A stretch of 64,000 bases of DNA from an uncultured delta proteobacterium (lineage in GTDB: Bacteria; Myxococcota; Myxococcia; Myxococcales; Myxococcaceae), in contig CAVYSY010000022.1 in NCBI GenBank assembly GCA_963771175.1, positions 32,001 through 96,000 on the forward strand. Reading direction: 5' to 3'. The notes under the pieces are model-generated. The model was not told where the DNA came from, did not search any database, and saw nothing but the letters and a program-made list of their open reading frames with translations. Both the position numbers and the translations under genes were made by a program. Below, in pieces: positions 1-13,053 of the stretch (positions are counted from its first letter, which is position 1; each line of letters begins with the position of its first letter).

Positions 1-1457
1 CCGCCGTGGTGGAAGGACACCCAGGAGGCGCCGTTCACCGCGTTCACCAGCGCATTGAGGATGGGCCAGTCGGCCACCGCGTCCGTGCCGTCGCGCATGG
101 ACTCCGTCTCGCGGTTGGGCGAAGCCACCGAGCCGCAGTCCAGGTGATCGCGCCCGATGACGATGGGGGCCTTCACCTCGCCCTTGCGCACCATCTCGTT
201 GAAGCGCAGGCCCGCCTTGTGGCGCTCGCCGTAGCCGAGCCAGCAGATGCGGGCCGGCAGGCCCTGGAAGGCCACGCGCTCCTGCGCCATCTTGATCCAC
301 CGGTGCAGCGACTTCTTCTCCGGGAAGAGCTCGAGCACCGCCTCGTCCGTGCGGCGGATGTCCTCGGGGTCTCCCGAGAGCGCCACCCAGCGGAAGGGCC
401 CGAGGCCCTCGCAGAACATGGGGCGGATGTAGGCCGGCACGAAGCCGGGGAAGTCGAAGGCGTGCTCCAGCCCGGCCAGCTGCGCCTGGGCGCGGATGTT
501 GTTGCCGTAGTCGAAGACGTGGCTGCCGGCCTTCGCGAAGTCCAGCATCGCCTGCACCTGCATGGCCATGGACTGGCGGGCCTTCTCGACGTAGCCCTTG
601 GGATCCCTCTGGCGCAGCTCGGCGGCGGCCTCCAGCGACAGGTCCACGGGGATGTAGCCGTTGAGCGGATCGTGCGCGCTCGTCTGGTCGGTGACGAGGT
701 CCGGCTTGATGCCGCGCCGGTACAGCTCGCGGTACACCTGGGCCGCGTTGCCGATGATGCCGATGGAGCGGCCGACGCGCTTCTGCTGGGCCTCCTTCGC
801 CAGCGCAATCGCCTCGTCGAGGTCCTTGGCGACGACGTCGAGGTAGCGCGTCTCCACGCGGCGCTGGGCGCGGTGCGGGTCGATCTCCACGCCGAGGAAG
901 ACGGCGTTGTTCATGGTGGCGGCCAGGGGCTGGGCGCCGCCCATGCCGCCGAGGCCGCCGGAGAGGACGAGCCGGCCGGAGAGGTCATCGGAGCCGAAGT
1001 GGACGCGGCCGGCCTGGGCGAAGGTCTCGAAGGTGCCCTGGAGGATGCCCTGGGTGCCGATGTAGATCCACGAGCCGGCCGTCATCTGGCCGTACATCAT
1101 CAGGCCCTTCTTCTCGAGCTCGAAGAAGTGGTCCCAGTTGGCCCAGTTGCCCACGAGGTTGGAGTTGGCGATGAGGACGCGCGGGGCGTCCGGGTGGGTG
1201 CGCAGGATGCCCACGGGCTTGCCGGACTGGACGAGGAGCGTCTCCTCGTCGGTGATGCGGCGCAGGCTGTCCACGATGCGATCGAACGAAGGCCAGTCAC
1301 GGGCGGCCTTGCCGATGCCGCCGTAGACGACGAGATCCTCGGGGCGCTCGGCCACGTCCGGATCCAGGTTGTTCATCAGCATCCGGAGGGCGGCTTCCTG
1401 GACCCATCCCTTGCAGGAGAGGGTCGTACCGCGAGGGGCGCGAATGGTGCGAGACAT
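1..1457 (-). CDS. hutU: Urocanate hydratase (3' end runs off the window)
   Basis: Minus-strand translation from ATG at 1457 reads [53 protein letters not shown]...[20 protein letters not shown]...[17 protein letters not shown], the classic urocanase motifs. It is absent from the ORF track because there is no stop inside the window. Confidence 0.96.
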   Translation of the reverse strand, partial: MSRTIRAPRGTTLSCKGWVQEAALRMLMNNLDPDVAERPEDLVVYGGIGKAARDWPSFDRIVDSLRRITDEETLLVQSGKPVGILRTHPDAPRVLIANSNLVGNWANWDHFFELEKKGLMMYGQMTAGSWIYIGTQGILQGTFETFAQAGRVHFGSDDLSGRLVLSGGLGGMGGAQPLAATMNNAVFLGVEIDPHRAQRRVETRYLDVVAKDLDEAIALAKEAQQKRVGRSIGIIGNAAQVYRELYRRGIKPDLVTDQTSAHDPLNGYIPVDLSLEAAAELRQRDPKGYVEKARQSMAMQVQAMLDFAKAGSHVFDYGNNIRAQAQLAGLEHAFDFPGFVPAYIRPMFCEGLGPFRWVALSGDPEDIRRTDEAVLELFPEKKSLHRWIKMAQERVAFQGLPARICWLGYGERHKAGLRFNEMVRKGEVKAPIVIGRDHLDCGSVASPNRETESMRDGTDAVADWPILNALVNAVNGASWVSFHHG

Positions 1458-1546
1458 GGTTCTCCACGGAGGGTGACGGGGCGCGGAGCCTAGCCGAAGC
1501 CAGAGGGGGATGCGCGCCCGAGTTGAAGGGCTCGTGCTCTCGGTGA

Positions 1547-1933
1547 TCAAGGGGATGGCGTCTTGCGACGCAGCGCGACGAACTCCGCGGCGAAGTCGAG
1601 GAACTTCAGGGCCGCGCGCTCGTGGTCTCCCTCGCAGTCCCGCAGGTACTTCACGTGCCAGCCCTCGTACGGCATTTCGTGCTTCACCTCGTCAAGCCAA
1701 TCCAAGAAGTCCCGCCACTCCTGGTCCTTGCCTCCGTTGAACTGGGTATTGGATGCCCACCCGATGGTGAAGAAGAAGAGCGAATCGATGGTGTCGCCGC
1801 CAGTCACGGACCAGAGTCCTCGTCTCTCGAGAATTCGCCGCCGGGTGTAGAGCAGCACATCCATGAGACCGACTTTGCGCCCGCGCCACTCCTCGGGAAG
1901 CGGCTCGACCTTGCCAACTATCTTTTCACTCAT
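1547..1933 (-). CDS. Small cytoplasmic protein, putative immunity protein for the upstream toxin
   Basis: 128 aa ORF with no signal peptide. Its start overlaps the stop of the upstream toxin-like gene (ATGA, 1930-1933). Confidence 0.6.
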   Translation of the reverse strand: MSEKIVGKVEPLPEEWRGRKVGLMDVLLYTRRRILERRGLWSVTGGDTIDSLFFFTIGWASNTQFNGGKDQEWRDFLDWLDEVKHEMPYEGWHVKYLRDCEGDHERAALKFLDFAAEFVALRRKTPSP

Positions 1934-2538
1934 GGTGTTTGCACCACCTCGTAAAGAACCTGGCTCGTGGACGATGTGCTGAGCCGGGTCATGTATTCAG
2001 GCAGTGGAAGACCGGCCAGCCCTGTATAGGCGTCGATGATTTTGTCCCCGAGTTTCACGGCGAGATGTCTTCCTGTGGTCGCGAGTTGATGGTTCTTGAT
2101 CAGGACTCCATTGGAGATTTCATCGAAGCTCAGCAGCTTCACATCTCCGTCGACCCTGATGCGCAGGTACTCCGGGCGTTGTCCGAGTCTGGTCAAACCC
2201 TCATGGATGCTCTTCGCGACCTTCTCGCACTCGCCTGCCTTCCGGTTGGCGACAGCGAAGGCGTTCTGGAACGTCACCAGCCAGCCCGGTACCCGGCCGA
2301 TGTCCTCGAGCAGGAGATACTGGTCGACGACGCAGTTGAGGTCCCCCGCGAGGATGCAGGCCTTGAGCCGGGCCCGGATCGACTCGTCTCCAGGTAGGGG
2401 CGGATTGCTGAGTACCAGCGAAGGGAGGGGCGCCATCGCCGATGGGGATGACGCCAATCCCCGTACGGGCAACAGGCAGAGGAGGATGAGGAGGAGGGCG
2501 GTGGAGGCTCCGCTTCTGGCGGGTTTCGAGGCCTTCAT
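1930..2538 (-). CDS. Secreted protein with C-terminal papain-fold (Tox-PL2-like) toxin domain
   Basis: N-terminal signal-like stretch (MKASKPAR...LLLILLCLLPVRGLA). The C-terminal pattern C-EKVAKSI...L...G / TGRHLAVKLG..IIDAY...GLP..EY resembles the Cys-His-Asp papain-fold toxin 2 family. Confidence 0.6.
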   Translation of the reverse strand: MKASKPARSGASTALLLILLCLLPVRGLASSPSAMAPLPSLVLSNPPLPGDESIRARLKACILAGDLNCVVDQYLLLEDIGRVPGWLVTFQNAFAVANRKAGECEKVAKSIHEGLTRLGQRPEYLRIRVDGDVKLLSFDEISNGVLIKNHQLATTGRHLAVKLGDKIIDAYTGLAGLPLPEYMTRLSTSSTSQVLYEVVQTP

Positions 2539-2550
2539 GGGACGTCGTAG

Positions 2551-3970
<1,420 letters not shown>

Positions 3971-4050
3971 GGCTTTCCTTTTTGTCCCGGTTTACCTGAG
4001 TATGGGAGCTCCCGAGCCGGGGATGAACCCCGGCGGTCAGGAGCTCCCCC

Positions 4051-5011
4051 ATGCGAACCGGACGGTTGTTGCTGCTCTCCACCCTGACGCTCGCCTCGTG
4101 CGGCCCCCTCGCTGAAGAGGAGGCGGTCACTCGGCGAGCGTGCGGATGCGCTGATCGTGGATGCCGACGCGGACGGCATCGACGATGGCCTCGAGGATCA
4201 GCTCGCCGCGAAGTTCGCGCCCGAGGTGCGGCTGGCTCCGGACTCCATCGACTGGACGCGGCCGGCCAACGTGGACTGGTACCTGGCGCGCGTGCACATG
4301 CGCTTCGACCATTCGGGGTGCTCGGACTGCGAGGTGCTCGCGCTCGCCACGCCCACGCAGAGCAACCTCTCCTCGCAGTCCCACAAGACGAAGAGTGGGC
4401 TGTTCTGCAGCCACTCCAGCACCGTCTATTACTCGAACGCGTCCCGTAAGGAGTTCTTCCTCCAGCCGCCGGATGACAACGTGCACAAGGGCACGACGTC
4501 CTCCGGGTGGCGCGTGTACGTGCACTCGAAGAAGAGCGCGCTCGTCGCGGGCGGCTACGACATCCAGTACTGGTTCTTCTACCCGTACAACGACTCCTAC
4601 GCGTCGGTGAACCACGAGGCCGACTGGGAGCACATCACCGTCACCACCGACTCGGCCGGCAACTTCTATTCGGCCTGGTACGCGGCGCACAGCGGTGGGA
4701 ATCGCTACTCGGCCTCGCAGCTCAAGTGGAACGGGACGCACCCGATCGTCTACTCGGCCGATGGCTCGCATGCGAGCTACCCCACCGCGGGGACGTATCC
4801 GACCGAGGTGCCGGGCTTCGATGACCACTCCTACGAGGGCGGCCCGGTGTGGCAGACGTGGACCAACTGGGTGAACGTGGGCGAGAAGGGCGCGCCCCGC
4901 AACGGCCAGAACTTCATCAAGTACGGTGGCCGTTGGGGCGAGATTGGCGAGCTCGACGCCACGAGCGGCCCCCAGGGCCCGTCCTTCCAGGGCTCCTGGA
5001 GCACCTACTGA
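4051..5011 (+). CDS. Lipoprotein with Vps62-like domain; frameshift near 4130-4150
   Basis: Lipobox (LTLASC) in ORF 4051 continues into ORF 4157: DADADGIDD, KFAPEVRL, DIQYWFFYPYN, NHEADWEHITV, HPIVYSADGSHASY, YGGRWG...GPQGP. Confidence 0.7.
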
Positions 5012-5033
5012 CGCCGCCGCGTCCCCGCCGGGC

Positions 5034-6420
5034 TCAGTCCGCGAGCTCGACCTTCTCCAGATGCTCGGGGATGTAGGCCGGCCAGCCGCGTGCCTCCACG
5101 CGATCCTTGAGCGCCGCCAGCGCCAAGGGCTCGCCGTGGACGAGCAGCGTCTGGCGCGGCGGGGCCTCGAAGCCATCCATCCAGCGCAGCGTCTCCGTCC
5201 AGTCCGCGTGCGCCGAGAAGCCACTCACCGTGCGGATCTCCGCCTCCACGCGCACGAACTGTCCGTGGATCTTGATCTCCTTCTCGCCGTCCAGCAGGCG
5301 CCGGCCGCGCGAGCCGTCGGCCTGGTAGCCCACGAAGAGCACCGTGTTGCGCGGTTCCGGCAACCGGTACTTCAGGTGGTGGAGGATGCGGCCACCGGTC
5401 GCCATGCCCGAGGCCGAGATGATGATGCCCGGACCGTCGAGCTGGTTGAGTCGCTTGCTCTCGTGGGGCGAGGTGACGAAGCGCGTGCGCTTCGTGGCCA
5501 GCGGGGACTCGCCGCGCTTGATGATCGCGTTCATGTCCAGATCGTGCTCCTCGGCGTGCGCCATGTAGATGGGCGTGGCGTCGCAGGCCATCGGAGAGTC
5601 CACGAAGACATCCAGCTCCGGGATGCGCCGCTCCCGCTCCAGGTTGCCCAGGTGGTAGAGCAACTCCTGGGTGCGCCCGATGGAGAAGGCGGGGATGACG
5701 ACCATTCCCTTGCGCTCGAAGGCGTGCAGCACGGCCTCGCACAGCGCGTCCACGGGCCGCTGCTTTTCGTGCTCGCGGTTGCCGTAGGTGCTCTCCACCA
5801 CGAGCGTGGTGGCGGCGCGGACGTTCTGCGGATCCCTCAGGATGGGCGCCTGGTAGCGGCCCAGGTCCCCGCTGAACACGATGCGCTGGTTCGGTGCGCT
5901 CCAGGTGGAGCACGCACACCGCCGAGCCGAGGATGTGGCCCGCCCGATAGAAGGTGAGGGTGATGCCGGGGAGGATCTCCTTGGTGCGCTCGTAACCGAA
6001 GGTCTCGAAGAGGCGCAGCGCGCGATGTGCGTCCTGCACCGAGTAGAGGGGCAGGGCGGGGCTGTGCTTCGAGTAGCCCTCCTTGTTGGCGTAGCGGGCC
6101 TCTTCCTCCTGGAGGTGCGCCGAGTCCGGGAGGAGCAGCGCGGACAGGTCCCTCGTGCCGGACGTGCAGTAGACGGGTCCATGGAAGCCGTCATGCACCA
6201 CGCGGGGCAGGCCGCCCGTGTGGTCGATATGGGCATGCGTGAGGACGATGGCGTCGATGTTCCGTGCGGGGACGGGCAGCGACTGCCAGTTGCGCTGGCG
6301 CAGCTCCTTGCGTCCCTGGAAGAGACCGCAGTCGACGAGCACCCGCTTGCCGTGGTGCTCGAGGAGGAACTTGGAGCCCGTGACGGTGCCCGCCGCGCCG
6401 AGGAAGTGAATGGTGGCCAT
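5034..6420 (-). CDS. MBL-fold metallo-hydrolase, beta-CASP RNA-processing family; frameshift near 5895
   Basis: FLGAAGTVTGSK, VDCGLFQG, LTHAHIDHTG, AGHILGSA, FSGDLG, ESTYG, IPAFSIGRTQE, SASGMATGGR and FSAHAD motifs. Confidence 0.92.
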
Positions 6421-6472
6421 GCACGGGACTCTACCTGGGTCCGGGAGAGCGCCAATGGCGTAGTGTGACGCC

Positions 6473-7666
6473 ATGAATCCCTCCTCCCCGCAGTCCATGG
6501 GCTCCGGGTCCGACACCGCCGCGAACGCGCCGGAGTCCGTACCGATGAGCCAGCCTGCTGCCTCGAACCGGCTGGTCGCACTCGACTGGATGCGCGGGCT
6601 GGTCATGGTGTTGATGACGCTCGACCATGCCTCGGGGTCCTTCAACGCCGGACGCATTCGGAGCGATGGGGCGAGCATCTGGACGCCCGGCTCGCCGCTG
6701 CCGGTCGAGCAGTTCCTGACTCGCTGGGTGACGCACCTGTGCGCGCCCACCTTCGTCTTCCTGGCGGGGGCCGCGCTGGCGCTGTCCCTCCACAAGCGTC
6801 TGCGAGCCGGTGAGTCGCCCCGGAGTCTGGATGGGTTTCACTTGCGGCGAGGGTTGTTCATCGCCCTGGTGGATCCGCTCTGGATGTCGTGGGCCTTCCT
6901 GCAGCCGGGCCGCGTCCTCCTGCAGGTGATGTACGCGCTGGGCCTGTCCATGGTGTGCATGGTGCCGCTGCGCCGGCTGGGGTCGCGGACGCTGCTGGGC
7001 CTGGGCCTGCTCCTGCTGGTCGGGGGCGAGGCGATCATTGGACTGTTCCTGACGGGGAAGTCGCCCTCGCTGCCGTTGGCGCTGCTGGCCAGTGGCGGGT
7101 TCTTCAACGAGGGCCGGTTCATCGCCGCCTACCCGCTGCTGCCCTGGCTGGGGATGATGTGCCTGGGCTGGGTCTTCGGGCGCTCCCTGGTGGATGAGCG
7201 CGAGAAGGCCCTCCGGCGGCTGGTGGGGTGGGGCATGGCGGCGCTCGCGGTGTTCGTGCTCGTGCGCGGCCTGAACGGCTACGGCAACGTCCTGCTCTAC
7301 CGCGACGACGGCTCGCTGGTGCAGTGGCTGCACGTGAGCAAGTACCCGCCGAGCCTGTCCTATGCCTCGCTGGAGCTGGGCCTGATGGCGCTCCTGCTGG
7401 CGGGCTTCTGGTGGGTGGAGGCGCGCTGGGGCCAGGTGAAGGTGCTCGCCCCGCTGCGGGTGCTGGGCCAGACGGCGCTGTTCTTCTACCTGCTCCACGT
7501 CCACCTGCTGGAGGGCGCGGCTTCGGTGCTGGGTGTGAAGAAGCAGCTCGGCCTGGGCGCGACGTACCTGGGGACAGTGGCCGTGCTGGCGGTGCTCTAC
7601 CCGGCGTGCGCCTGGTACCGGCGTTACAAGGCCGCCCACCCGCACGGGTGGACCCGGTACGTGTGA
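6473..7666 (+). CDS. DUF1624 / HGSNAT-like membrane acyltransferase family protein
   Basis: RLVALDWMRGLVMVLMTLDH, TRWVTHLCAPTFVFLAG, YPLLPW, KYPPSL and GQTALFFYLLH motifs; multi-pass membrane protein. Confidence 0.85.
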   Translation: MNPSSPQSMGSGSDTAANAPESVPMSQPAASNRLVALDWMRGLVMVLMTLDHASGSFNAGRIRSDGASIWTPGSPLPVEQFLTRWVTHLCAPTFVFLAGAALALSLHKRLRAGESPRSLDGFHLRRGLFIALVDPLWMSWAFLQPGRVLLQVMYALGLSMVCMVPLRRLGSRTLLGLGLLLLVGGEAIIGLFLTGKSPSLPLALLASGGFFNEGRFIAAYPLLPWLGMMCLGWVFGRSLVDEREKALRRLVGWGMAALAVFVLVRGLNGYGNVLLYRDDGSLVQWLHVSKYPPSLSYASLELGLMALLLAGFWWVEARWGQVKVLAPLRVLGQTALFFYLLHVHLLEGAASVLGVKKQLGLGATYLGTVAVLAVLYPACAWYRRYKAAHPHGWTRYV

Positions 7667-7721
7667 GAGGAGCGGGGCCCATCCGCTCTTCTACCAGGGC
7701 GGGTGAGTCTCCCGCCGTGCG

Positions 7722-8851
7722 TCACTCCGCTCGCATGAAGAGCCGGTACACCGTGGCGAAGCCCACCGCCACCAGTCCCGTCAGGAACAGCAGCGGCCCC
7801 AGCTGCAGCCCGCCGTTCACGAGCGCCCAGACGATACCGAGCACCACCACGCCGATGGGCGCGAAGCGCGTCCAATCGGGCCTTGGGACCTCCGGGCGCA
7901 GCGCCATGAATCCCAGCACGGCCAGGAGCAGCATCTCCATCGTCACCGAGAACGACAGGTCCCAGCCCTTGTCGTAGCTCTCGTCGAAGAAGCTGTAGAC
8001 GGAGTCGCTCGACGGGCGCGGTGCATCCACCACGCGGAGCTGCGGCGGCGCCCGCGGGCACCGGCGCCGAGCCCGAATACCGCGTGCCCTTCACCGGCGT
8101 CCAGGTGAGGAACAGCGCCACCAGGCACAGCGCCACGCCCCCGAGTGCCACCGGAGCCATCCCACGCAGCAACTGGCGCGGCTCGAAGAAGCGGCCGAAG
8201 CCCTCCTCTCCCACGTACACCTTGCGGTACTGGTCGTAGCCGAGCAGCCCCGCGCCTCCCAGCCACAGCAGCGGCGTCAGGCCGATACCGAGCATCCGGA
8301 TCGCCAGCCCCGCCGTCACCGCCGCGTACACCGCCGGCACCGCCGGGTGCAGCAGGGCAGGGGGGACCCAGTCCACCAGCGGGTGCTGCTCACCGGCCGC
8401 GCGCAGCTCCCGCGCCGTCACCAGCCACCCGCCCGCGAACACCACCAGCGACCAGAAGGGCCCCACCCCCGCGAAGAAGGGGAGGATCGAGAGCACCAGT
8501 CCCACCGCCAGCAGCCCCACGCCCGCCACGCTCGGCGAGTGTCCTGGCACGTGCGCCAGCCACACCGGCCCGTCGTAGGGCGGGGACGCGGAACCGACCT
8601 GGATCCGTGTGCTCCTCCACGTCCCCCGGATGCACCGCGCGCAGGCCCGGATCCGTGTCCTCGGCCTCGTCCCGGGTGGGGACGGCTCGAGCCGCCGTGC
8701 TCCGTATGCGGCCCGTCGTCTGGGGGGCGACGGCTCCGGGAGAGGTCCGGCGGACCGCTCCAGGGGGGGGCGTGGGCATCTTCGCCCCGCAGTTCTCGCA
8801 GTAGCGCAGGTTGCGATCCTGCGCGATCTCTCCGCACTCCTTGCACCGCAT
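7722..8851 (-). CDS. Zinc-ribbon domain membrane protein (frameshifted)
   Basis: N-terminal CKECG...YCENCG double zinc knuckle, Pro-rich linker, then several TM segments in adjacent frames (ORFs 8390, 7624, 7722). Confidence 0.65.
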
Positions 8852-8959
8852 GGGCTACGGCCTCCGGCTCCCGGGCCTCGGGCCCTGGGGTCATGCGGCT
8901 GGGAGTCTAGCGGATTTCCCGGGGGGAAGATCCGCCCCCCCGGCCAGCCAGGGGAGGGG

Positions 8960-9503
8960 TTACTGCTGCTGCGCGGTGGGGGCTCCCGCGGACAGCTCCT
9001 TGATCCAGCTCGACAGCGACTGCGGATCGATCGGGCCCACGTGCTTGCCCCGGATGACGCCATTCGCGTCGATGAAGTAGGTCTCCGGCACGCCCGCGAC
9101 CGCGTAGTCCACGGCGATCGACGAGTTCGGATCCACGAGCTGCGGGAAGCTCGCGCCCGTCTGCGCAGGAAGCGCCGGGCGTTCTCCTCGGTGTCCTCGA
9201 AGACGATGCCGAGGAACACCGCCTGGCCGCCGAACTCCCGCGCGCCCCACTCGAGCACCGGGTGCTCCATCTTGCAGGGCCCGCACCAGCGTCGCCCAGA
9301 AGTTGATGACCACCGGCTGGCCCTTGAGCTGCGCCAGGCTCACCGGCTGCCCGCTGTCCAGTCGCGCGCAGCGTGAAGTCCGGCGCGGGCTTGCCCTGCA
9401 GCATGAAGGGCACCGCGTGCGGATCGCTGCCGAAGCCCTTGAGAGCACCGCCAGCAGTCCCAGGCACACGACGACGAAGCACGAGCGTGCAGCGCCACTT
9501 CAT
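8960..9503 (-). CDS. ccmG: Thiol:disulfide interchange protein, CcmG/DsbE (TlpA family); frameshifted
   Basis: GKPAPDFTL, GQPVVINFWA(T/W)C-GPC and YAVAGVPETYFID motifs; lies directly downstream of ccmF. Confidence 0.8.
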
Positions 9504-11556
9504 GCCGCACCTCGGTTCGTTTCACGGCCCGCCTCGGGACGGCGCTCGCCGCCGGCGTCTGCGGCCTCGGCCGCCCGCGGCTCGCCGCGCGCGGCCACAG
9601 CGCGATGAGCGTGCCCAGCACCAGCAGGGGAATGCTCCACCAGATCCACCCCACCAGCGGGAAGATCCAGGCGTTGAAGCTCGCCGTGTTCCGCTCGCTC
9701 GGAGAAGGCCAGCAGCGAGACGTAGAGGTCCTCGCACGGACGCTCGAGCGCACCGCCGGCGTGCCGACCGGATCCGTCGATGCGCTCGTAGTAGTTCATC
9801 CGCGGCGCGTCGCCAGCTCGCTGACCGTCCCGGCCGGGGGCGCGATCACCGTCCAGCCGCGTGGCCACGATAGTCGCGGTGCGGCTCCTGGCCGCTGGCC
9901 AGCCCCAGGCGCACCTGGTAGTCGCCCACCTTCATGCGTCTCGCCCTCGGCGCAGCGTGCCGGTGGTGTGCATCACGTAGGCGCTGCGAGGCGGCCACGG
10001 CGACGATGATGATCACGATGCCCAGGTGCACGACGTAGCCGCCGAAGCGCCGCCGGGCGCGGTGGCGCTGCCCAGGAGCGCGCGGTGACGAGCCCTCCTT
10101 GCTGCTCGCTCATGCGCACGCTGCGCCGGCAGGCACAGCTCGCGCAGGGTGATGACCGTGACGAAGCCCGCCAGCCCGAAGGTGAGCAGCGGGTAGAAGC
10201 CCCGCAGTCCCGCCCGCCAGCACGCGGCCGCCACCGCCACGCCCACGCCCGCCGGCACCGCAGAAGCGCTGGCGCGCACCGTCCTCGGATCGCGAGCTGC
10301 CCCACGGCAGCATCGGGCCCACGCCCATCAGGAAGAGCACCACGATGCCAGCCGGGCACCGCCATCTGGTTGAAGTAGGGCTCGCCCACGCTGACTCGCA
10401 CCCCGCGCACCGCCTCGGTGATGAGCGGGTAGAGCGTGCCCAGCAGCACCGTGAAGGTGATGGCCACGAACACCAGGTTGTTCACCAGGATGGTCGCCCT
10501 CGCGCGAAGCGCCGCGGCTCGAGGCGGCCCTCGGCCACCAGCAGGTGCCCGCGCACGGCCAGCAGCGCGACGGACACGAAGAGCAGCACGCGCGATGAAG
10601 CACCAGGAAGGTGGGCCCGATGTCCGACTGGGTGAAGGCGTGCACCGAGTTGAAGACGCCCGCTGCGCGTCATGAAGGTGCCGAGGATGGTGAGCACGAA
10701 GCTGCGCCAGCGCCAGCGCCAGCGTCCACAGCTTCAGCATCTTCTTGCGCTCCTGCACCATCGTGGAGTGCATGAACGCGGTGGCCGTCAGCCACGGCAG
10801 GAAGCGACGCGTTCTCCACCGGATCCCACGCCCAGTAGCCGCCCCAGCCGAGCACCGCGTACGCCCACCAGGCGCCGAGGATGATGCCGACGGAGAGGAA
10901 GATCCAGGCGACGAGCGTCCAGCGGCGCAGCGGCGCCATCCACGCGTCGCCCAGCTCGCCGCGCAGCAGCGCGGCCACGGCGATGCCGAACGGCACCGTC
11001 ATGCCCACGTAGCCCAGGTAGAGCATGGGCGGGTGGATGATCATCAGGAGGTGGTTCTGCAGCAGCGGGTTGGGGCCCGGCCCGTCCGAGCGGCACCGGG
11101 GACATCGCGTGGAACGGGTTGGCCGGCCCGGCGATGAGGAAGGCGAAGAAGACGCCCACCGCCAGCATCGTGCCCAGCGCCAGCGGACATGTAGCGGCGC
11201 GTGCTCGCGCTGGTGCGACCAGCGCGAAGGCGAACACGTAGCCGCCCATGATGAGCGCCCCAGAAGAGGATCGAGCCCTCGAGCGCGCTCCACAGCGAGA
11301 CGATGGTGAAGATCGTCGGCGTCGCGCGGCTGCCCACCTGCGCCACGTACTTCACGGAGAAGTCGTGCGTGAGCAGCGCGTACACCATCACCAGGTTGGC
11401 GCCGAGCATGCAGGCGAAGAAGCCGTACACGCGCGCTGCACCCACGGGTAGGCCGCGTCGTTGCGGCGCAGCCCGGCTCACCAGGCCCACCAGCGCGCCG
11501 AAGCTCGCGAACGCGAGCCCGCCGAGCACCAGGCCGTAGCCGAGCGTTCCGTTCAC
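9500..11556 (-). CDS. ccmF: Heme lyase CcmF (many frameshifts)
   Basis: [70 protein letters not shown] and VSVGEPYFN motifs. Confidence 0.93.
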
Positions 11557-12047
11557 TGAGTCCTCGCCGCGGCCGGTGGTGGCTTCCTGCTTCTGCATGT
11601 CCTCGAACATCTTCTTCACGTCGTCGCCCGTCTTCGGCGCGCGGTACTCGTTGGAGTGGTTCACCATCAGCCGGCTCGAGCTCGAAGACCTGCGACTTGT
11701 CGAAGGTGCCCTCCACCACCACGCCGATGCCCTCGCGGAACATCTGCGGGGGCACCTCGGTGGTGCGCACCAGCACGCTGGGCCGCGCCGGGCTGTGGCA
11801 CTGTCCGCGACCCGGAAGGTGAGGGTGGTGTGCTGCTCGTCCCACTGGATGCTGCCCGGCTGCACCACGCCGCCCAGGCGGATGGTGGGGCCGTAGGCCT
11901 TCTCGCCCTGGGCCAGCATCTCCGAGGGCCTCCAGTAGTAGACGAGGTTCTCGCCGATGTTGCCGAAGGCCACCAGCGCGAGGCCGGCACCGGCGACCAG
12001 CAGGGCGCACGACGGCGAGGAGTCGGTTGCGGTTCGTGCTGCGTCAT
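11553..12047 (-). CDS. ccmE: Heme chaperone CcmE (frameshifted)
   Basis: [36 protein letters not shown] and LMVNHSNEY (heme-binding H...Y motif). Confidence 0.9.
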
Positions 12048-12050
12048 GGC

Positions 12051-12223
12051 TCACTCCTGCGGGGCGTTGGCGGCCTCGCGCGGGCCGGCGCAGCCAGAGG
12101 GACAGGGCATAGAGCGAGAGCGACGCCCAGGCGATGCCGTAGGCGGCCCAGACGTACTCCCAGCCACCCTGGAGGCGACCCGCGCCCACCTGCGGCGAGC
12201 AGCGCGTACGTCACCGTCGACAT
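12051..12223 (-). CDS. ccmD: Heme exporter protein CcmD (small membrane protein; end approximate)
   Basis: GWEYVWAAYGIAWASLSLYALSLW single TM helix between ccmC and ccmE. Confidence 0.65.
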
Positions 12224-12224
12224 G

Positions 12225-13049
12225 TCAGGCCACCTCCGAAGTGTTGCGCGATGCAGGCGCGTCCGGGCGGCAGCGCCTCGGGCAGGGCCACCTCCGCCTC
12301 GCGCGTGGCGAGGGCGATCCGGTAGCGGTGCAGCAGGAAGAGGGTGAGGATGATGAGCGAGGCCGCAGGCGTTGACGCGCAGCGCCAGCGCCATGTCCGG
12401 GTCCACCGTCTTCGGGGTGGACTGCACCTGGTGCAGGCTGCGCCACCAGCGCACCGAGAACCAGACGATGGGCAGGTTGACGAAGGCGATGATGCCCACC
12501 ACGGCGCTCCAGACCGCCCGCCGCTCCGGGTCCTCCACGAAGCGGCGCAGCGCCATGTAGCCCACGTAGGTGACCAGCATGATGGCCATGGCGGTGAGCC
12601 GCGGATCCCAGTCCCAGTAGACGCCCCAGGTGGGCTTGCCCCAGATGGAGCCCAGCAACAGCCCGTAGGCGCCGAAGAGCAGGCCCACCTCGCCCGAGGC
12701 CTCGGCCAGCGCGTCCGTCTTCCAGCTCGACTTGAAGAGGTAGGCCAGGCAGCAGCCGAAGTTCAGCGTCAGCGCCAGGATGCGCCATCCACATGGCCGG
12801 CACGTGGACGTACATGATGCGGTACACGTCGCCCATCTCTCGCTCGGGCGGCGTCCACGCCAGCCCCAGCCAGTTGCCCAGTGCCAGCAGCACCACCGCC
12901 GCCGCCGTCATTCCGGCCAGCACCGGCCGCGCGTTGAAGCGCGAGCCCGGAGGGGCCCACTTCCGGCCCAGCCAGACTCCCAGACCCACGGACGACAGGG
13001 CCGCCGCCGCCGAGCCCACCTGCAGCAACGTCTTGATGAGACCGCTCAT
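12225..13049 (-). CDS. ccmC: Heme exporter CcmC (frameshifted)
   Basis: YRIMYVHVPAMW, GSIWGKPTWGVYWDWDPRLT (WWD motif) and VRWWRSLHQ. Confidence 0.93.
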   Translation of the reverse strand: MSGLIKTLLQVGSAAAALSSVGLGVWLGRKWAPPGSRFNARPVLAGMTAAAVVLLALGNWLGLAWTPPEREMGDVYRIMYVHVPAMWMAHPGADAELRLLPGLPLQVELEDGRAGRGLGRGGPALRRLRAVAGLHLGQAHLGRLLGLGSAAHRHGHHAGHLRGLHGAAPLRGGPGAAGGLERRGGHHRLRQPAHRLVLGALVAQPAPGAVHPEDGGPGHGAGAARQRLRPRSSSSPSSCCTATGSPSPRARRRWPCPRRCRPDAPASRNTSEVA

Positions 13050-13053
13050 GACC

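Noticed and set aside
6..1493. 495-aa plus-strand ORF
   Set aside because: Antisense shadow of hutU, a common artefact of high GC3. The same applies to long ORFs such as 44143-46317, 47693-49741 and 52458-54692.
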